Origin: Sphyrna mokarran
Lineage: Eukaryota
Assembly (NCBI GenBank): GCA_024679065.1
Contig: JAGIQG010000005.1
Coordinates: 85,374,001-85,438,000 of the forward strand
Reading direction: 5' to 3'
DNA length: 64,000 nucleotides
A model generated the notes under the pieces. It was not told the DNA's origin. It saw nothing but the letters and a program-made list of their open reading frames with translations, and searched no databases. Each line of letters begins with the position of its first letter. Position 1 is the stretch's first letter. A program made the position numbers and the translations under genes. Of the stretch, positions 36,835 through 48,876 are shown piece by piece.

Positions 36835-37085
36835 ACCCTGCGATCAGAGCTGGCACTTCTCCTCCATCCCCCCTCCCATTCTTCTCCATGATCTGAACCC
36901 GCATTTATCTCCTACAATCAGAGCCAGCACCTCTTTTCCCAACCCCCACACCCAATGGAGCCTGCACCTCGCCTGCACCATACCCGCCATCCCCCACAAT
37001 CAGAGCTGGCATCCTCCCCCAACAATTAGGGCTATCAGTCCATGATCGGAGCTGACATTCCTTTTCTATGATCAGAACTACCTCT
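36835..37085 (+). repeat. Degenerate tandem array of (c/t)(g/a)atcagagctggca separated by C-rich spacers
   Basis: At least six recognisable copies of the motif between 36841 and 37080. Confidence 0.6.
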
Positions 37086-37684
37086 CTCTTCTAACAGCCC
37101 CACCCCACCCATACAGCCAATGCTGACAACTCTCCCCTTCCCAATCAATATCAGACCCCTTCCCCCAATCCTACCAGCTACACAGCCATCACCAGCATTC
37201 TCAATCCTATGTCCGATAGCCTCCTCAGCACCACAAAAAACCGAATCCCACTTTCCAGAGCTTCCCTATGAAGCTTCCTCTAGGGTCCACACCTGGCACT
37301 GCCCTCTGGCATTGTTTGACACTTCCAGATGAGAACAATGCTTACCTAGCAGCACCAATCTGTGCCAGTGAAGTGCCAGGAAGCATTGCCAGGGTCTCCC
37401 TCCCCCATTGGCAGTCCTCAGCTGGAGAGATCCCCACAACACAGTCATGTCTGTGTGAACCTGTTGTAAATTGCGCCGACATAGTTTGAAAATATGCCTC
37501 AGGCTCGATATATGGTTAAAGAGGGCTAATGTTAATGCATTCAAATGTACTAAAATCACGTTCATATCTGTAGTGGCCATAAATCTAATGATCTCAGCAG
37601 CAAGATTCATAATTTCCAGGTTTCACTGGATCTTGAGCCCCCACTGCCATTTCCACAGATGGCAAGTGCAGGTTCAAGATCTTT

Positions 37685-38060
37685 CCCACTATTCCAGCTG
37701 ATGTTTAACTAATATCAGGTATGAATTCAGCATTATTTCCTTGTTCTTGTATTCTATACCCCCTTTAATAAAGCTCAGATGACTATATACTTCATTTTCA
37801 GCTCTCTTCACCTCTCCTGTAACCCTCAATGAGCTATGCACATAAACACCCAGGTCTCTCTGTCTTGGAGAAGACTGGAAAATTATAGCCAGCACCCCTA
37901 TAATTTCCAATCTCACTTCCTTCAGTATCCTTGGTTGCATCCCATCTGATCCCAGTGCCTTGTCAACTTCAAGTACTGACAGACTATTCAACACTTATCG
38001 ATCTTGAATCCGTCTGAGAGGTGGAGTTTCCTCTTCTATCACCATGGTCTGGAAAGCAAT
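37685..38060 (-). mobile_element. CR1 LINE fragments
   Basis: ORF DKALGSDGMQPRILKEV...ERDLGV-like...GIEYKNKEIMLN. Confidence 0.8.
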
Positions 38061-38384
38061 TCAGTGAAGTGTATTACAAAGTGGAAGAGTATTTGCCCTG
38101 GCGAGTGAACAGGCGAACCCTGCTCATCTGGCCAGCATGGGAAATGTAGTGTATATGAAGCCCTTTCTTTAATAATGTTTGGAATGTTATCTTTTGCAGG
38201 GTTCTTTGGTCCTGATGAAATCAATGGAGCTTTGAACAATCTGTTGCAACTAGATCATAAAATTTTGCCCTTAGTGTCTGCAGAACTCTGACATTGACAA
38301 GCAGACTTTATCTAACATTGATAGAAATTGCTTTGACAAGTTTCAAAAGCAACTTCTTTTGAAAGAAGAAACAAAATGACTTAC

Positions 38385-38527
38385 CTCTTCAGAAATAGGT
38401 TTTCTGGAGGAGTGAAATATGATTTTATTTGTTCAAAATCCATTGCCCGCAGAGCCTGCAATTTGCTTTGGAATGTGTCAGCATATGGAATATTTGGAGC
38501 AGCATGTTGGAACCAGCTACTGCCAGC
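38385..38527 (-). CDS. APOB: APOB exon 24 equivalent (143 nt), missing from the ORF track
   Basis: Acceptor ttttggcag|, donor |gtaagt; AGSSWFQHAAPNIPYADTFQSKL...PENLFLK (human AMSSWLQKASGSLPYTQTLQ...PENLFLK). Confidence 0.93.
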
Positions 38528-38639
38528 CTGCCAAAACCAAAAAAAGCAGTCTGATAGGTGAAAGGAGAAAAAATTTAAAGGCCTGACTAGCTCGTACTCA
38601 GTCCTGCCTGTTCATCGAGTTGATTTATCACAGACAGTG

Positions 38640-39135
38640 GTCACTTGGCCTATTGAGTAATCTGGTCCCTTCAAACAATCCAGTTAGTCTTAATTCACCT
38701 GTTCCATCCCTGATTACTTTCCTCAAATACTCATCCAAATATCTGTTGTGTAATTATTGAAATCCTTCAATTCCATCAACCACATCAAAGATGGCAGGTT
38801 GTGTGGCATTGCCACTCAGTGTTTAAAAATGTTTTTTCTCACATTGCCCCTGAAACTCTTGTCCAAAATCTTAAATCTATGTTCCCTCATCCTAATACTA
38901 GAAGTTAATGGGAATAGTCTTTTTTTAGCTAATTTTGCCATAATTAGTGCAACATTACCAGATCTCCTTACAATCTCCAGAGAGAAAAATTCAAATTTGT
39001 CCAAGCTCATAGTTAAATCCTCTCCTCTCTGAAATCATTCTGGTAAATCTCCACTTGCACTCTCTCAAAGATCCTCATATTCTCCCAAAAGTGTGGTGGC
39101 CAGAACTGGATGTAGAACTCTAGTTATTATCTAAC
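38640..39135 (-). mobile_element. CR1 LINE 3' fragment
   Basis: ORF FFSLE...LFPL...REHRFKI...RKNIF. Confidence 0.7.
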
Positions 39136-39139
39136 TGGA

Positions 39140-39840
39140 TAGGAAGAGGGACCTGGGTGTACAGGGATACAGGTCACTGAAAGTGGCAATTCAGGTGGAG
39201 AAAGTAGTCAAGAAGGCATTTGGCATGCTTGCCTTCATTGGCAGGGGCACTGAGTTTAAAAATTGGCAAGTCATGTTGCACTCTTATAGGACCTTATTTC
39301 GGCCGCATTTGGAATCTAGTGTTCAATTATGACCGCCATGCTATCACAAGGATGTAGAGGCTTTGGAGAGGGTACAGAAAAGATTTACAAAAGGTTGCCT
39401 GTTATGGAGGTTGGAGATACTTGGGGGTTTGCTCTCACTAGAACGACAGAGATTAAGGGGGCAACTTGATAGAAGTCTACAAGATTATGAAGGGCATGGA
39501 CAGAGTGGATAGTCAGAAGCTTTTTCACAGGGTTGGAAGAGCCAATTACTAAGAGGCGCAGGTATAAAGTATGAGGAGCAAGGTTTAAAGAAGATGTAGG
39601 AGGCAAGTTTTTTTATACAGAGGATGGTGGATGCCTGGAACTTGCTGCAGAGGGGAGGTCATGGAAACAAATATGATACCGAGTTTTAAGAGTTGTCTTG
39701 AGAAATACATAAATAGGGGGGGAATGGAGGGACATGGTCCCTGGAAGAGTAAGGGGTTTTAGTTCAGACAGGCAGCATGGTCGGTGCAGGCTAGAAGGGC
39801 CAAAGGGCCTTTTCCTGTGCTGCAATTTTCTTTTATCTTT
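39140..39840 (+). mobile_element. CR1 LINE 3' fragment
   Basis: RDLGV, KKAFGMLAFIGRG and LIEVYKIMKGMDRVDSQKLF motifs plus aaagggcctttt cctgtgctg tail. Confidence 0.88.
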
Positions 39841-42218
39841 GTTCAGAGCTTTATAAAGACTCAACATAAATTTCCCTATTTTACTGCTCAATGATTAGGA
39901 TTTTCCACCCATGCCCCCTTCTCCCTTCCATGCCCCTCCCAAGCCCAAAGTGTAGTTTCTGTGCCCTCCCCATCCCACCCCACCCATGTTGTGTTTTCCA
40001 CCTGTTCTCTATGCTGTGTTTTCTGGTTGTGGAGACAACTTGCTACTGGCCGCCGTTGGAATCGGTTGGTCCTGCTGAAATATTTTGTTTGATTTGCCCA
40101 TTCTGCCATAGAGGAATCCGTTGTGGGATTTTGCTTTCTGCGAGTCTGGAAGATCCCATTGGTCTGAAGGGCTGGAAAATAGTCACGTTCCTGGCTTTCA
40201 AAAGTTAGGGACATCCCATGAAAGTTTGTTCTCTTAAGCTAGGATAAGGCTGAAGTTGGGTGTGTTTGGTTGACAATATAGTGCAGTTGCAAAAGGTGCA
40301 TTTTTAAATTTATCTGCTTATTTTTTCAGTATCATGAACATTTCAAAGATTTGCCAGCTTTACCATTATGTTACTATATGGCTCATCAGTTTGAAAGTGT
40401 GAGAGGTGGCTAAGGATGGGAGCGATAAGCATAACAAGTTATCCTGGAGAGGCCACAGGGCAGAAAGGTGGTGGGCATCCCTCAAAGACTCCGTTTCTGC
40501 ATCAACACCCTCCCTCAAGGTCCACACCCCTCCCTTCCTGGAGGGTCCCTCTTCCCCTGGGCTTTCCATGAAGACCCTTTCCTTTTTCACATCCTCTGGA
40601 CCTCACTTCTGTTCTCTATGTACTTAGACAATTTTGGACTCTGGAACTAAAGATTGAGGCCTGGTTGTAAGCCCCAGACATGACTACATTTCCAGGTTTC
40701 AAAGCTGCTGGGCAATCAGATTAGCCGGCAATCATCTGAGATAGGGCGTTTGCCTAAGGATGGAAATCTCACATGCAGCTAATGAAGAATTGTAATTTCT
40801 AGTTGGCAGTTTAAGCAACTCACATTAACCTGGACCACAGGGACACAAGAGACAACTAACCTCAACTCATAAATGTTCACAGACCACAACCAAGGTTACG
40901 ACTGTAAGCTGCGGTGGATTTTTGAAAAGAAAATGAACCTATCTTCATTGGTTCTCCCTGTCTCCATGCTTAAATAAGCAACTGATGATGCAAAGCTGCA
41001 AGTGCTGGAGGGCTTCCCATTGCCACTACAGTGCTGGGAATCTGCCTGCCATCCCTCATTGGATGACAAATACACAACAGTTTTTAAGTGGAACTTTGAA
41101 GTATGATTTGGATGCACTCGTGTTGTGTTGGAAACTAGTAATAGCCCCCAGTTCCCAACTCCAGATTTAAAATCCAGGCTGCAGGTTAGGAAAGCAGACA
41201 CTTTCTAATGGAGAAAATAAACAGTTTTTGCAGAGGGGATTAATTTGGCAGTAAGGGGAGGGACAGTTACTTATCAAGGATGCAGTTAAAATCCAACTTT
41301 TGTAAAGTGGAACAAGATTTTTTTGCACCACGTCAGCTCCAGTAGCAGCAGTGGCCAAGACATGGACTACAGCAGTTCCTAGATTCAAAGCCCCAGTGTT
41401 TAGGATGAGGCAAGTACTGGAAGATTCCAGGGAGAAACACGCCAGTTTCCTCACCAGAATGAACATTCTGCCATTTTTTGATAAGATTTAGTTCTAAAAT
41501 TTCCAACCTCGTTTCAAGGCGGTTTAATTTTTGGGTGTGCCCTCAGCCAACCCTATTATATATGCTTGACTGAGAACATAAACATTCACTAAGCTTACTG
41601 AAACCGCTCCACTCCACAGAAAGCATTGATTTAGAGCTCATGACTGTAAGCTACGGTCTCTGGTGTAATTTTCACAATGTTTGTTCACATATGTTAATAG
41701 GCCAGGATACTTGACACTTGCATTATTTTATAATGAAATTATGTTTTTCAACATAAGGAGAAAGTTATGAACGAATTACTTTTATTTAAAGGTTGTTTGC
41801 ATGCATCCAACTCTCAGTATAGGTTTGTTTGGTTCTATACATTGTACAGTGGTCAGATGAGCATGGAGGTACCATAACTAAGTGGGAGGAAATGTGACCG
41901 GTCATTGAAGTTGAGTGGGAATATGAGGTTGTGAGGGTAGATGGAAGTCCCATAGCTTAACATAGGTGGCCATACGAGTGATTGGAAAGAAAGAACTTGG
42001 CATAGGAGACCCAAGAAGGTGAGTGGCATGAAGCGCACGATGGGGAATGAGGAGTGTTTTGGAAGATAAGGGAAGAGGTATGAGCACTGGAGGGCCTTTG
42101 TGTTTTTACTTTAGCTGGAGCAAAATGCCGTGGTATTGATGTGAAAATTCTAAATAGCCTGCCTCTGCACCTAGCAGCCCGTGTGATTGCCTTCAACTTT
42201 TCCAAGCCCACACACATC

Positions 42219-42262
42219 TTTTGACAATGAAGATGCTGCCTTTTGACAATGAAGATGCTGCC
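42219..42262. repeat. Perfect 22-nt tandem duplication
   Basis: ttttgacaatgaagatgctgcc twice. Confidence 0.9.
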
Positions 42263-42430
42263 TTTATCCCGAGGTAGGTTGGCTGATACGGGCATTTTGC
42301 TGATGTCCATTACCTGCCTTGAGGATGAGAATTTTAGGATTTTTTGTTTTTATGTCAAGTTTTCAGCATTTACATTATTTTCCTGTTAGTGGATTGTTTT
42401 GTAGATCATTTCCGAAGTATTATACTTTTG

Positions 42431-42746
42431 AGCATAGTGGCACAGTGGTTAGCACCACTATCTCACAGCGCCAGGGATCCATGTTCAATTCCAGCCTCAG
42501 CTCACTGTCTGTGGAGTTTACATATTCTCCCTGTGTCTGCATGAGTTTCCTCTGGGTGCCCTGGTTTCCTCCCACATTCAAAGATGTGCAGGTTGGATTG
42601 GTTGGCCATGCTAAATTGACCCTAGTGTCAGAGGCTTCGCAGGATAAATATCAGGATTATGGAAACATTGCTTGGGTGGAATTGTGTTTGGTGTAGACTC
42701 GATGGGCTGAATGGCCTCCTTCTGCATTGCAGGAATTCTATGATTT
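42431..42746 (+). mobile_element. HE1-type V-SINE with CR1-type tail
   Basis: Head gtggcacagtggttagcacc...gttcaattcc; tail gatgggctgaatggcctccttctgcattgcaggaattctatg; ends about 47 nt from the exon 23 donor. Confidence 0.88.
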
Positions 42747-42793
42747 TACTAATAGAATACAACACAATTCCATGTTAAAATACACTGTCTTAC

Positions 42794-42993
42794 CTCCATT
42801 GATTTGGAAACAATGTGTCTTAGTGTCATATCAGTTTGAGGAACTTGTCGATCCAAGAAGTTGTCAAGATAGTTATTCACATTTATTTGGTATTCAGACA
42901 TATCAGGCATTTGTATGTTTCTGATCTTCTCATTAATTGGCTTAAGATCAGACGTTACTTCTGAGTTCCATGCAGCTTGAATCTTCTTGTTAT
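42794..42993 (-). CDS. APOB: APOB exon 23 equivalent (200 nt)
   Basis: Acceptor catttctag|, donor |gtaaga; NKKIQAAWNS...LDRQVPQTDMTLRHIVSKSME (human LDHRVPQTDMTFRHVGSKL). Confidence 0.95.
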
Positions 42994-43544
42994 CTAGAAA
43001 TGTAATAGAGTGGAACAAATTCAAAAAGGTAAAATCCCAGATCTGAACACAAAAAGTATTCTTTTTTGATGGTTTTTAAACTGCTTCATAAATTCATACA
43101 ATGTGATGATTTTGAATTTTCATCACATTGGAGAGACTTACTCCCCACCACCACCAGTGACCACCCCCCACCCCCCACCCCCCCAACCCCCCAACCTCTC
43201 CCACTCAGAACTTTGTACTGTGCCTGGATTTGTTCATGGAAATAGCTGGCCAATCCAATCAAATCACCAGCTGCCTCTACTGGAGTTCAATTTAGAAGAA
43301 CCAGAATGTGGAATCCAGGGTCTGAAGAATAGAATCCGTCAGAGGAGGACTGAACTTGGTGGATGTGTTTCGATCATCAGGATATCCTTTGGAGAGGCAA
43401 AACACCCTTTGGGAGAGTTAATGCATCCAATGGGAAAGGTCAGGTGCCCTTTGGGATTGTTTGAAGTGAAGATCTTTATTTTATATACAAACTCATTAGA
43501 GCTGCTAAGCTATCCAATTGTCATGGAACTGTGAAAAAAAATCC

Positions 43545-43850
43545 AATTTTCCATGAACAGTCCAGATGTCAAGGAATTATCCAGTTGTCAAAGAAGTGTC
43601 GAGCTGTCAAGGTATTGGTAAGGAACTCTGCAACTGTCAAAAAAGTGACAATCTGTGAAAATGTACTATCCAACTATGAAGGAATGTCAAAGAGCCCTCT
43701 AGCTGTCAAGATCCCATTTGGTTGCTAAGGAACTATCTAGCTATCAAGAAAATGCTAAGGAGATATTCACATGTCAAAGTTATCCATGAAATGTCAAACC
43801 TAAAAGCTACTTAGGGAGTGTCAAATCTATTAAGGAATTGTCCAAGGATA
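43545..43850 (+). repeat. Degenerate tandem array with TGTCAA(GGAA) core, about 20-nt period
   Basis: About nine exact TGTCAA plus variants in 300 nt. Confidence 0.7.
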
Positions 43851-45334
43851 CTAGGTGGGTTAGGCGAGGGTAAATACAAACGCTGATGGATGAAAGACAT
43901 GGGTTGGCATGAGTTGATCCTATCATGGCCATTCATACCAGTGGGATTTGCCAGTCCTGTTGGTGGGCGCCAAGTTCTCGGATCTTGCTGCAGTGAGACC
44001 GTGGCATGAACAGCTGGTAAGATAATGCCCTAAGTTAGTTTTGGGGATATAATGGCAATGGGATGGGTGGAGACATGGGCTAGCATAGGTTTGGATGCGG
44101 CATAGAGAATGAATGTGCAGTGGCTAATGGTTGGAGATGTGCTTTGTTTTATACATATTTTATAATATTAAGCACAGTGCTGAGATACAGAGTCAGGTCT
44201 TGCAACCTGCTCACCTCCACACTTTGCAGCCTGTATATTCATTGCGGCATTTCCCACCCAGTCTCCTCTTTCAACCCAACAACCTCTATACGAAAATCCA
44301 ACTAAAATCCCCTGACACAGCGAACCTGATCTAGGACTGAAAATCTGGGTTTAAGTCAGTGGTAGTCATACCACATGGCAGCCTTTTAAAGTAGCAGTCA
44401 AACGGGTGTAAAGTAAATTATCCAACCCATTTGTGCTGGCATGTGGTTTGAGCCATTTCGCAGCCCAAACCTCATTCATATTCAGCCAGCAAGCTGCAGG
44501 CACTAAGCAGGAATCCTGCTTTATCATAATATTTCCAGGACAGTGGGTAATTTACCAGCTTCAGTTTGAGGTAGACAACAGACAAGGCAAAGTGGACAAG
44601 TATCCTCAGTGAAGTCGCCAGCAGGAGCATGGAGCGTTTTCAGGGTCCAGAAGGAGAGTTTTTTCTTCCTCTTTGCACAGCAAAACATATATCCTGGATC
44701 ATCTTTGCTTGTCCTTGAATGATCATTTTAAGGCCTGCAGATTAGGCTGCCCAATTTGGGAGAGTGTCTCTAGCAGATGTTTCATCTATTTTGCTTACAT
44801 GTTGCAAGCTGTATCCAACAACTGCCATGGGAACTATGAGTTGTATACTTAAGTGTCACCCAAGTATTTTGGTCAGGTGGTCTGTTTTGCCAGTGCGATA
44901 CACAATGACCTATTGGCCATTGGTTAAGATTTTGGTACTCTAAGTATTCTACATCAAAGTAACAAATTTAATTACTTATTGACTACGCAATCCTAAATAC
45001 CATTAAAATATACATTTATTAAAGGTGAGAATTTTACATCTTAGTTAATGTGATAATCGGAAATTTTTCCCACAGACCATGATCTCAGTTTGCTACAACA
45101 TAGGAAAAAAATCTATATGATAGCTGCCAACGTTTTGAAGGATAATATGTTGGAATTGACAGTGTTGGGTTTGTGCTGATTTGTGCTGATGGTTCCTAAT
45201 CATATTATGAGGACATTCCCATGGAACAAGAGAAAAAAAACCATAATAAAGCCATTATCTGCTTAAATTCCAGAAGGTATATCTGCTTCTTTCATAAAAT
45301 AATAAATGTAAAATAGACATTATTAGTAGCATAC

Positions 45335-45513
45335 CATGTTTGAAATTAGTTTGATATGAAGCCTTAAGACGAGAGATCAAAGCTTCTACAGTGAATTCAG
45401 TAAACCATTCATCAGGTAAGCGCCGAATCTGAGTTGCAACATTTGTATTTACATCCAGTTGAGGAATGGTGAAGATACCTTGCAGCAAGAGGTCTTTCTG
45501 TTCATTATCGTAC
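45335..45513 (-). CDS. APOB: APOB exon 22 equivalent (179 nt)
   Basis: Acceptor ttctttttaaag|, donor |gtatgc; YDNEQKDLLLQGIFTIPQLDV...; phases 2/1 join exons 21 and 23 in frame. Confidence 0.9.
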
Positions 45514-45644
45514 CTTTAAAAAGAAAACTGCACAGGTCAGAATTGATACTTTCATTTCCATTGTATGTGCTCTGCTCCCTCTTTCTTTCATTTCTTCCTA
45601 TGTTACGTGAGGTTATCTCAATACTGGTTGACCACACATTTCGT

Positions 45645-45726
45645 GGTAGTGTGGCTGTGTGGTTTAAGGAGCTGGATTAAGGCTCCAGTCTCTGCAGAAG
45701 CATTGGTTCAAATCCTACTGCTGCCA
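45645..45726 (+). pseudogene. tRNA-Leu(AAG) pseudogene in APOB intron 21
   Basis: 82 nt, gap-free match (68/82) to recalled vertebrate tRNA-Leu-AAG; anticodon arm CTGGA-TTAAGGC-TCCAG intact with AAG at 45679-45681; D and T arms damaged. Confidence 0.88.
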
Positions 45727-45745
45727 GAATGAACTTGAATTTAGA

Positions 45746-46052
45746 GTGGCATGGTGGCACAATGGTAAGCACTGCTGCCTCACGGTGCTAGAGACCTGGG
45801 TTTGATTCCCAGCTTGGATTACTATCTGTGTGGAGTATGCATGTTCTCCCTGTATTTGTGTGGGTTTTCTCTGGGTGCTCTGGTTTTCTTCCACAATCCG
45901 AAAGCCATACTGGTTAGGTACATTGGCCATGCTAAATTCTCCCTCAGTGTACCTGAACAGGTGTTGGAGTGGGGCAACCAGGAGATTTTCATAGTAACTT
46001 CATTACAGTGTTAATGTAAGCCTATTTGTGAAACTAATAAATAACTTTCAAA
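45746..46052 (+). mobile_element. HE1-type V-SINE, alternative tail
   Basis: Head gtggcacaatggtaagcactgctgcctcac; tail cattacagtgttaatgtaagcctatttgtgaaactaataaata. Confidence 0.88.
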
Positions 46053-47096
46053 CTTTTCCGTCTTTATTGATATCAGCTAATATTTTCGAGATAATTATTT
46101 TAGCAATGGATTCTGTTCCTGCCTCTAACCTTCTCCATTTACCTGGACTGAGGATTGGTGCTCATATATCCTGATTGCCTGCAGCGTTATCTGGGTTCTT
46201 TTGTGGAAAAAGGTCCTGGAGTGGGACTGCAGTCATACCTCATTCAGAGACAGGGTGCTGTTGTTTGAGCCAAAAGACCAGTGATATACTGATGCATTGT
46301 TAATTCCACATTTTTGAAGATTTCATTTTTGAATATATGCTTGCACATTCATTAAAATGTGAGATGATAGTATTGTAGAATTAAATATTTTTCAGCTTTT
46401 GCACTGAATGCCAGCATTAAGAACTTTCCAATCTAATGCTGCGGGACCTCCATAAAATATGAAGATCCTTTTGCTCCAGACTTAGACTCAAAGTCCCTCT
46501 TTACAGCACACTGTGAATTTCTCTGAACACATATTCACTTGAAGATTTTTAAATCTATTAAGTGCTTGGCTGAGACCTCACAAGAATTATTTCACATAGG
46601 ATCTTGTAACTGAAAACTCGGGAGGCCTTAAGTCACTCGCAAAAGACAGATGGCCAGATTTTTCCTATTCTGCTCCAGCCATTTTCTTTCCTTGGAAGTT
46701 ACTCGCCATTGGCTGCCGATGAGATCTCCAGTCCCACTGAAGTCTATGGCATCTTGCATGGCTTGCTTGCTCTGTCGTCAGAAAGGGTGGCCCCATTGTC
46801 TGAAGTATTATTCTTCCTTTTCCTTAATTGATGTTGATGAGATTGTTATGCATTTCAAATATTGTTTTTTTTTCTTTAAAACTTTACAAATCAAGGAAAA
46901 TATATGAATTAAATATTATCAATACATTCCTTCCGTTGGATGAGAAAACTCAATTTACTTACTGGTTTTCAACCTCTGTATATTTTGAGAAGCTGTTTTT
47001 CATCGTTGACTTTATATCCAATGTCGATTATTTGTTCTTTTGGCATTAGTAACATTTCTTTATTATTTAAAAGTCAGTGCAATATATTATACATAC

Positions 47097-47307
47097 CTTG
47101 CACGGCCTGTGAGGGTCACCTCGGGCACATTTTTGTTTGTGACATCCAATTTAACAATGTACGCGGTATTTTTCTGTGCAGATTTATCTTCAACTCCTAG
47201 CTTCATGCCTACTTCCATGTCAAATTTTGGAATCTGGATATCGCCTGTAAATACTTGCTTATTGACGTTGTACTTAACTTCAGCTGTAGCCTCTATATTT
47301 TCGGTAC
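47097..47307 (-). CDS. APOB: APOB exon 21 equivalent (211 nt)
   Basis: Acceptor accaaacag|, donor |gtatgt; GTENIEATAEVKYN...DIQIPKFDMEVG...LDVTNKNVPEVTLTGRAR. Confidence 0.94.
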
Positions 47308-48460
47308 CTGTTTGGTTGAAATAAATTATTATCATGACACTTCCCTCCATTATCTGTACTTCCATTAACATATGGAAAAACTTTATGAAATACATCCAAA
47401 TTACTGCCATTGGCTGCTGGTAGGCAAAGCATTGTGCCAAAGGAAAGCCTTTTTAAAATTCCCTAGTGAGCAGGTGACTTAAATTATTATTTTCCATTTC
47501 AGTGTAATTCATTCTGCAGCCCCTTGCTATATATGCTGCCATACATTAAAATGAGAGATAACTAGCAAGAGGCAGTTTAACCTTCCGGAGTAATTGATCT
47601 GTATGGCTTCTCATTCTTCTCCAAATTAAGGACATTACCATTATACCATGCTCCATTGCAGCAAGATTGCAGAATTTGGTGGCCAGCCAAATCTCCATTC
47701 ACGGCGGCAGGGTAGGCAAATCCCACTGACATGAACAGTCAGAAGATTTTGACACTCATCATTAATTAATCTCAGCTATTTTAGTCCAGAACTGAGCACA
47801 GTTACTGGAAAAATGTGTGAAACTGTTCCATGGGCACATTTGCCAGTTAGTGACTGTCAATGAGTTCCACTCCTGACACACAACAAGCATCCAGGATTAT
47901 AATCAATTATGACTAGCAGGCAACTATCAAAAAAGTGGGAGAACAGCACTAACCAGAAAAGAGTGCAACTGCTGATGCCCTGTTAACTTTCTGTAACTTC
48001 TTCCCAATTGACCAGTTGGTCACCAATCATGGTAAATTTTAAGGAAGATTTTGGGGAACCGCTAGATTAGAACCCAGGTCTGGGCACCCCACGTGGTCTC
48101 TCACACCCATTTGTGTTGATATGCCTTTATCATGGCACACAGAATATTCGGTGGAAAAGAAGCAAAATCTACAGAGTTTCTAATGTCAGAATTCCATTCT
48201 TGACCTTGTCCCTTCAGTGTCAAGGGATATATTTGGGATGGATTTTAGGTTTTGTCCAAAATAATCACACCAAAATCTCAGCCTGGCCCAATTTATCCAA
48301 ATCTCAGTCAATTCATTGCTTGGTTTGATGTTCCCCCATCGAAACTTTGCTGGGAGAATTCTAGTAGATCCAAGGAATGCATGATATTAAAGGATTAACA
48401 TGTCAGTTAAGGGAATTTTGTAGATCTTTGGATCCTACAAAAAAATGTAAATCAATGTAC

Positions 48461-48582
48461 CTTCTGTCTGAACAGCAAACTTAACAGAATGTTCCAATTC
48501 CTCCTCAATCACTTGTGATTGATAAGTTACTGACGCAGCATAGTTTTTTACAGCGCCTGTAGGCTTAAGTTCAACTTCAACC
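48461..48582 (-). CDS. APOB: APOB exon 20 equivalent (122 nt), missing from the ORF track
   Basis: Acceptor gtatcctag|, donor |gtacat; VEVELKPTGAVKNYAASVTYQSQVIEEELEHSVKFAVQTEG (human LELELRPTGEIEQYSVSATYE...LKFVTQAEG). Confidence 0.93.
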
Positions 48583-48876
48583 CTAGGATACACAAATGAA
48601 TAAGAAATTTGAATGAACTAAAAACACAAGACCAACAATAGGGTTTACGTACTAATGCAAAAGAAAGATTACATCACAAGGTATTTCTTAATAACATTTA
48701 AATTTAATTCTAATGTTTGGTGAAAATCCAGAATGCTAATTGAATCAATGCATTAAGTGAATATATCTTATTAGTACATTTGTAGTAATAAAATTCAAAT
48801 CAAGTATTCAAAAGTTTTATAATTATATCATAACATAAGAAGTGACAGTGGCACAGCTGTATTGTCATTCTACTAG

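Noticed and set aside
36835-43850. Repeat-spacer patterns as CRISPR-like arrays
   Set aside because: Vertebrate intron; repeats are short and degenerate, spacers are irregular and low-complexity, and there are no cas genes.
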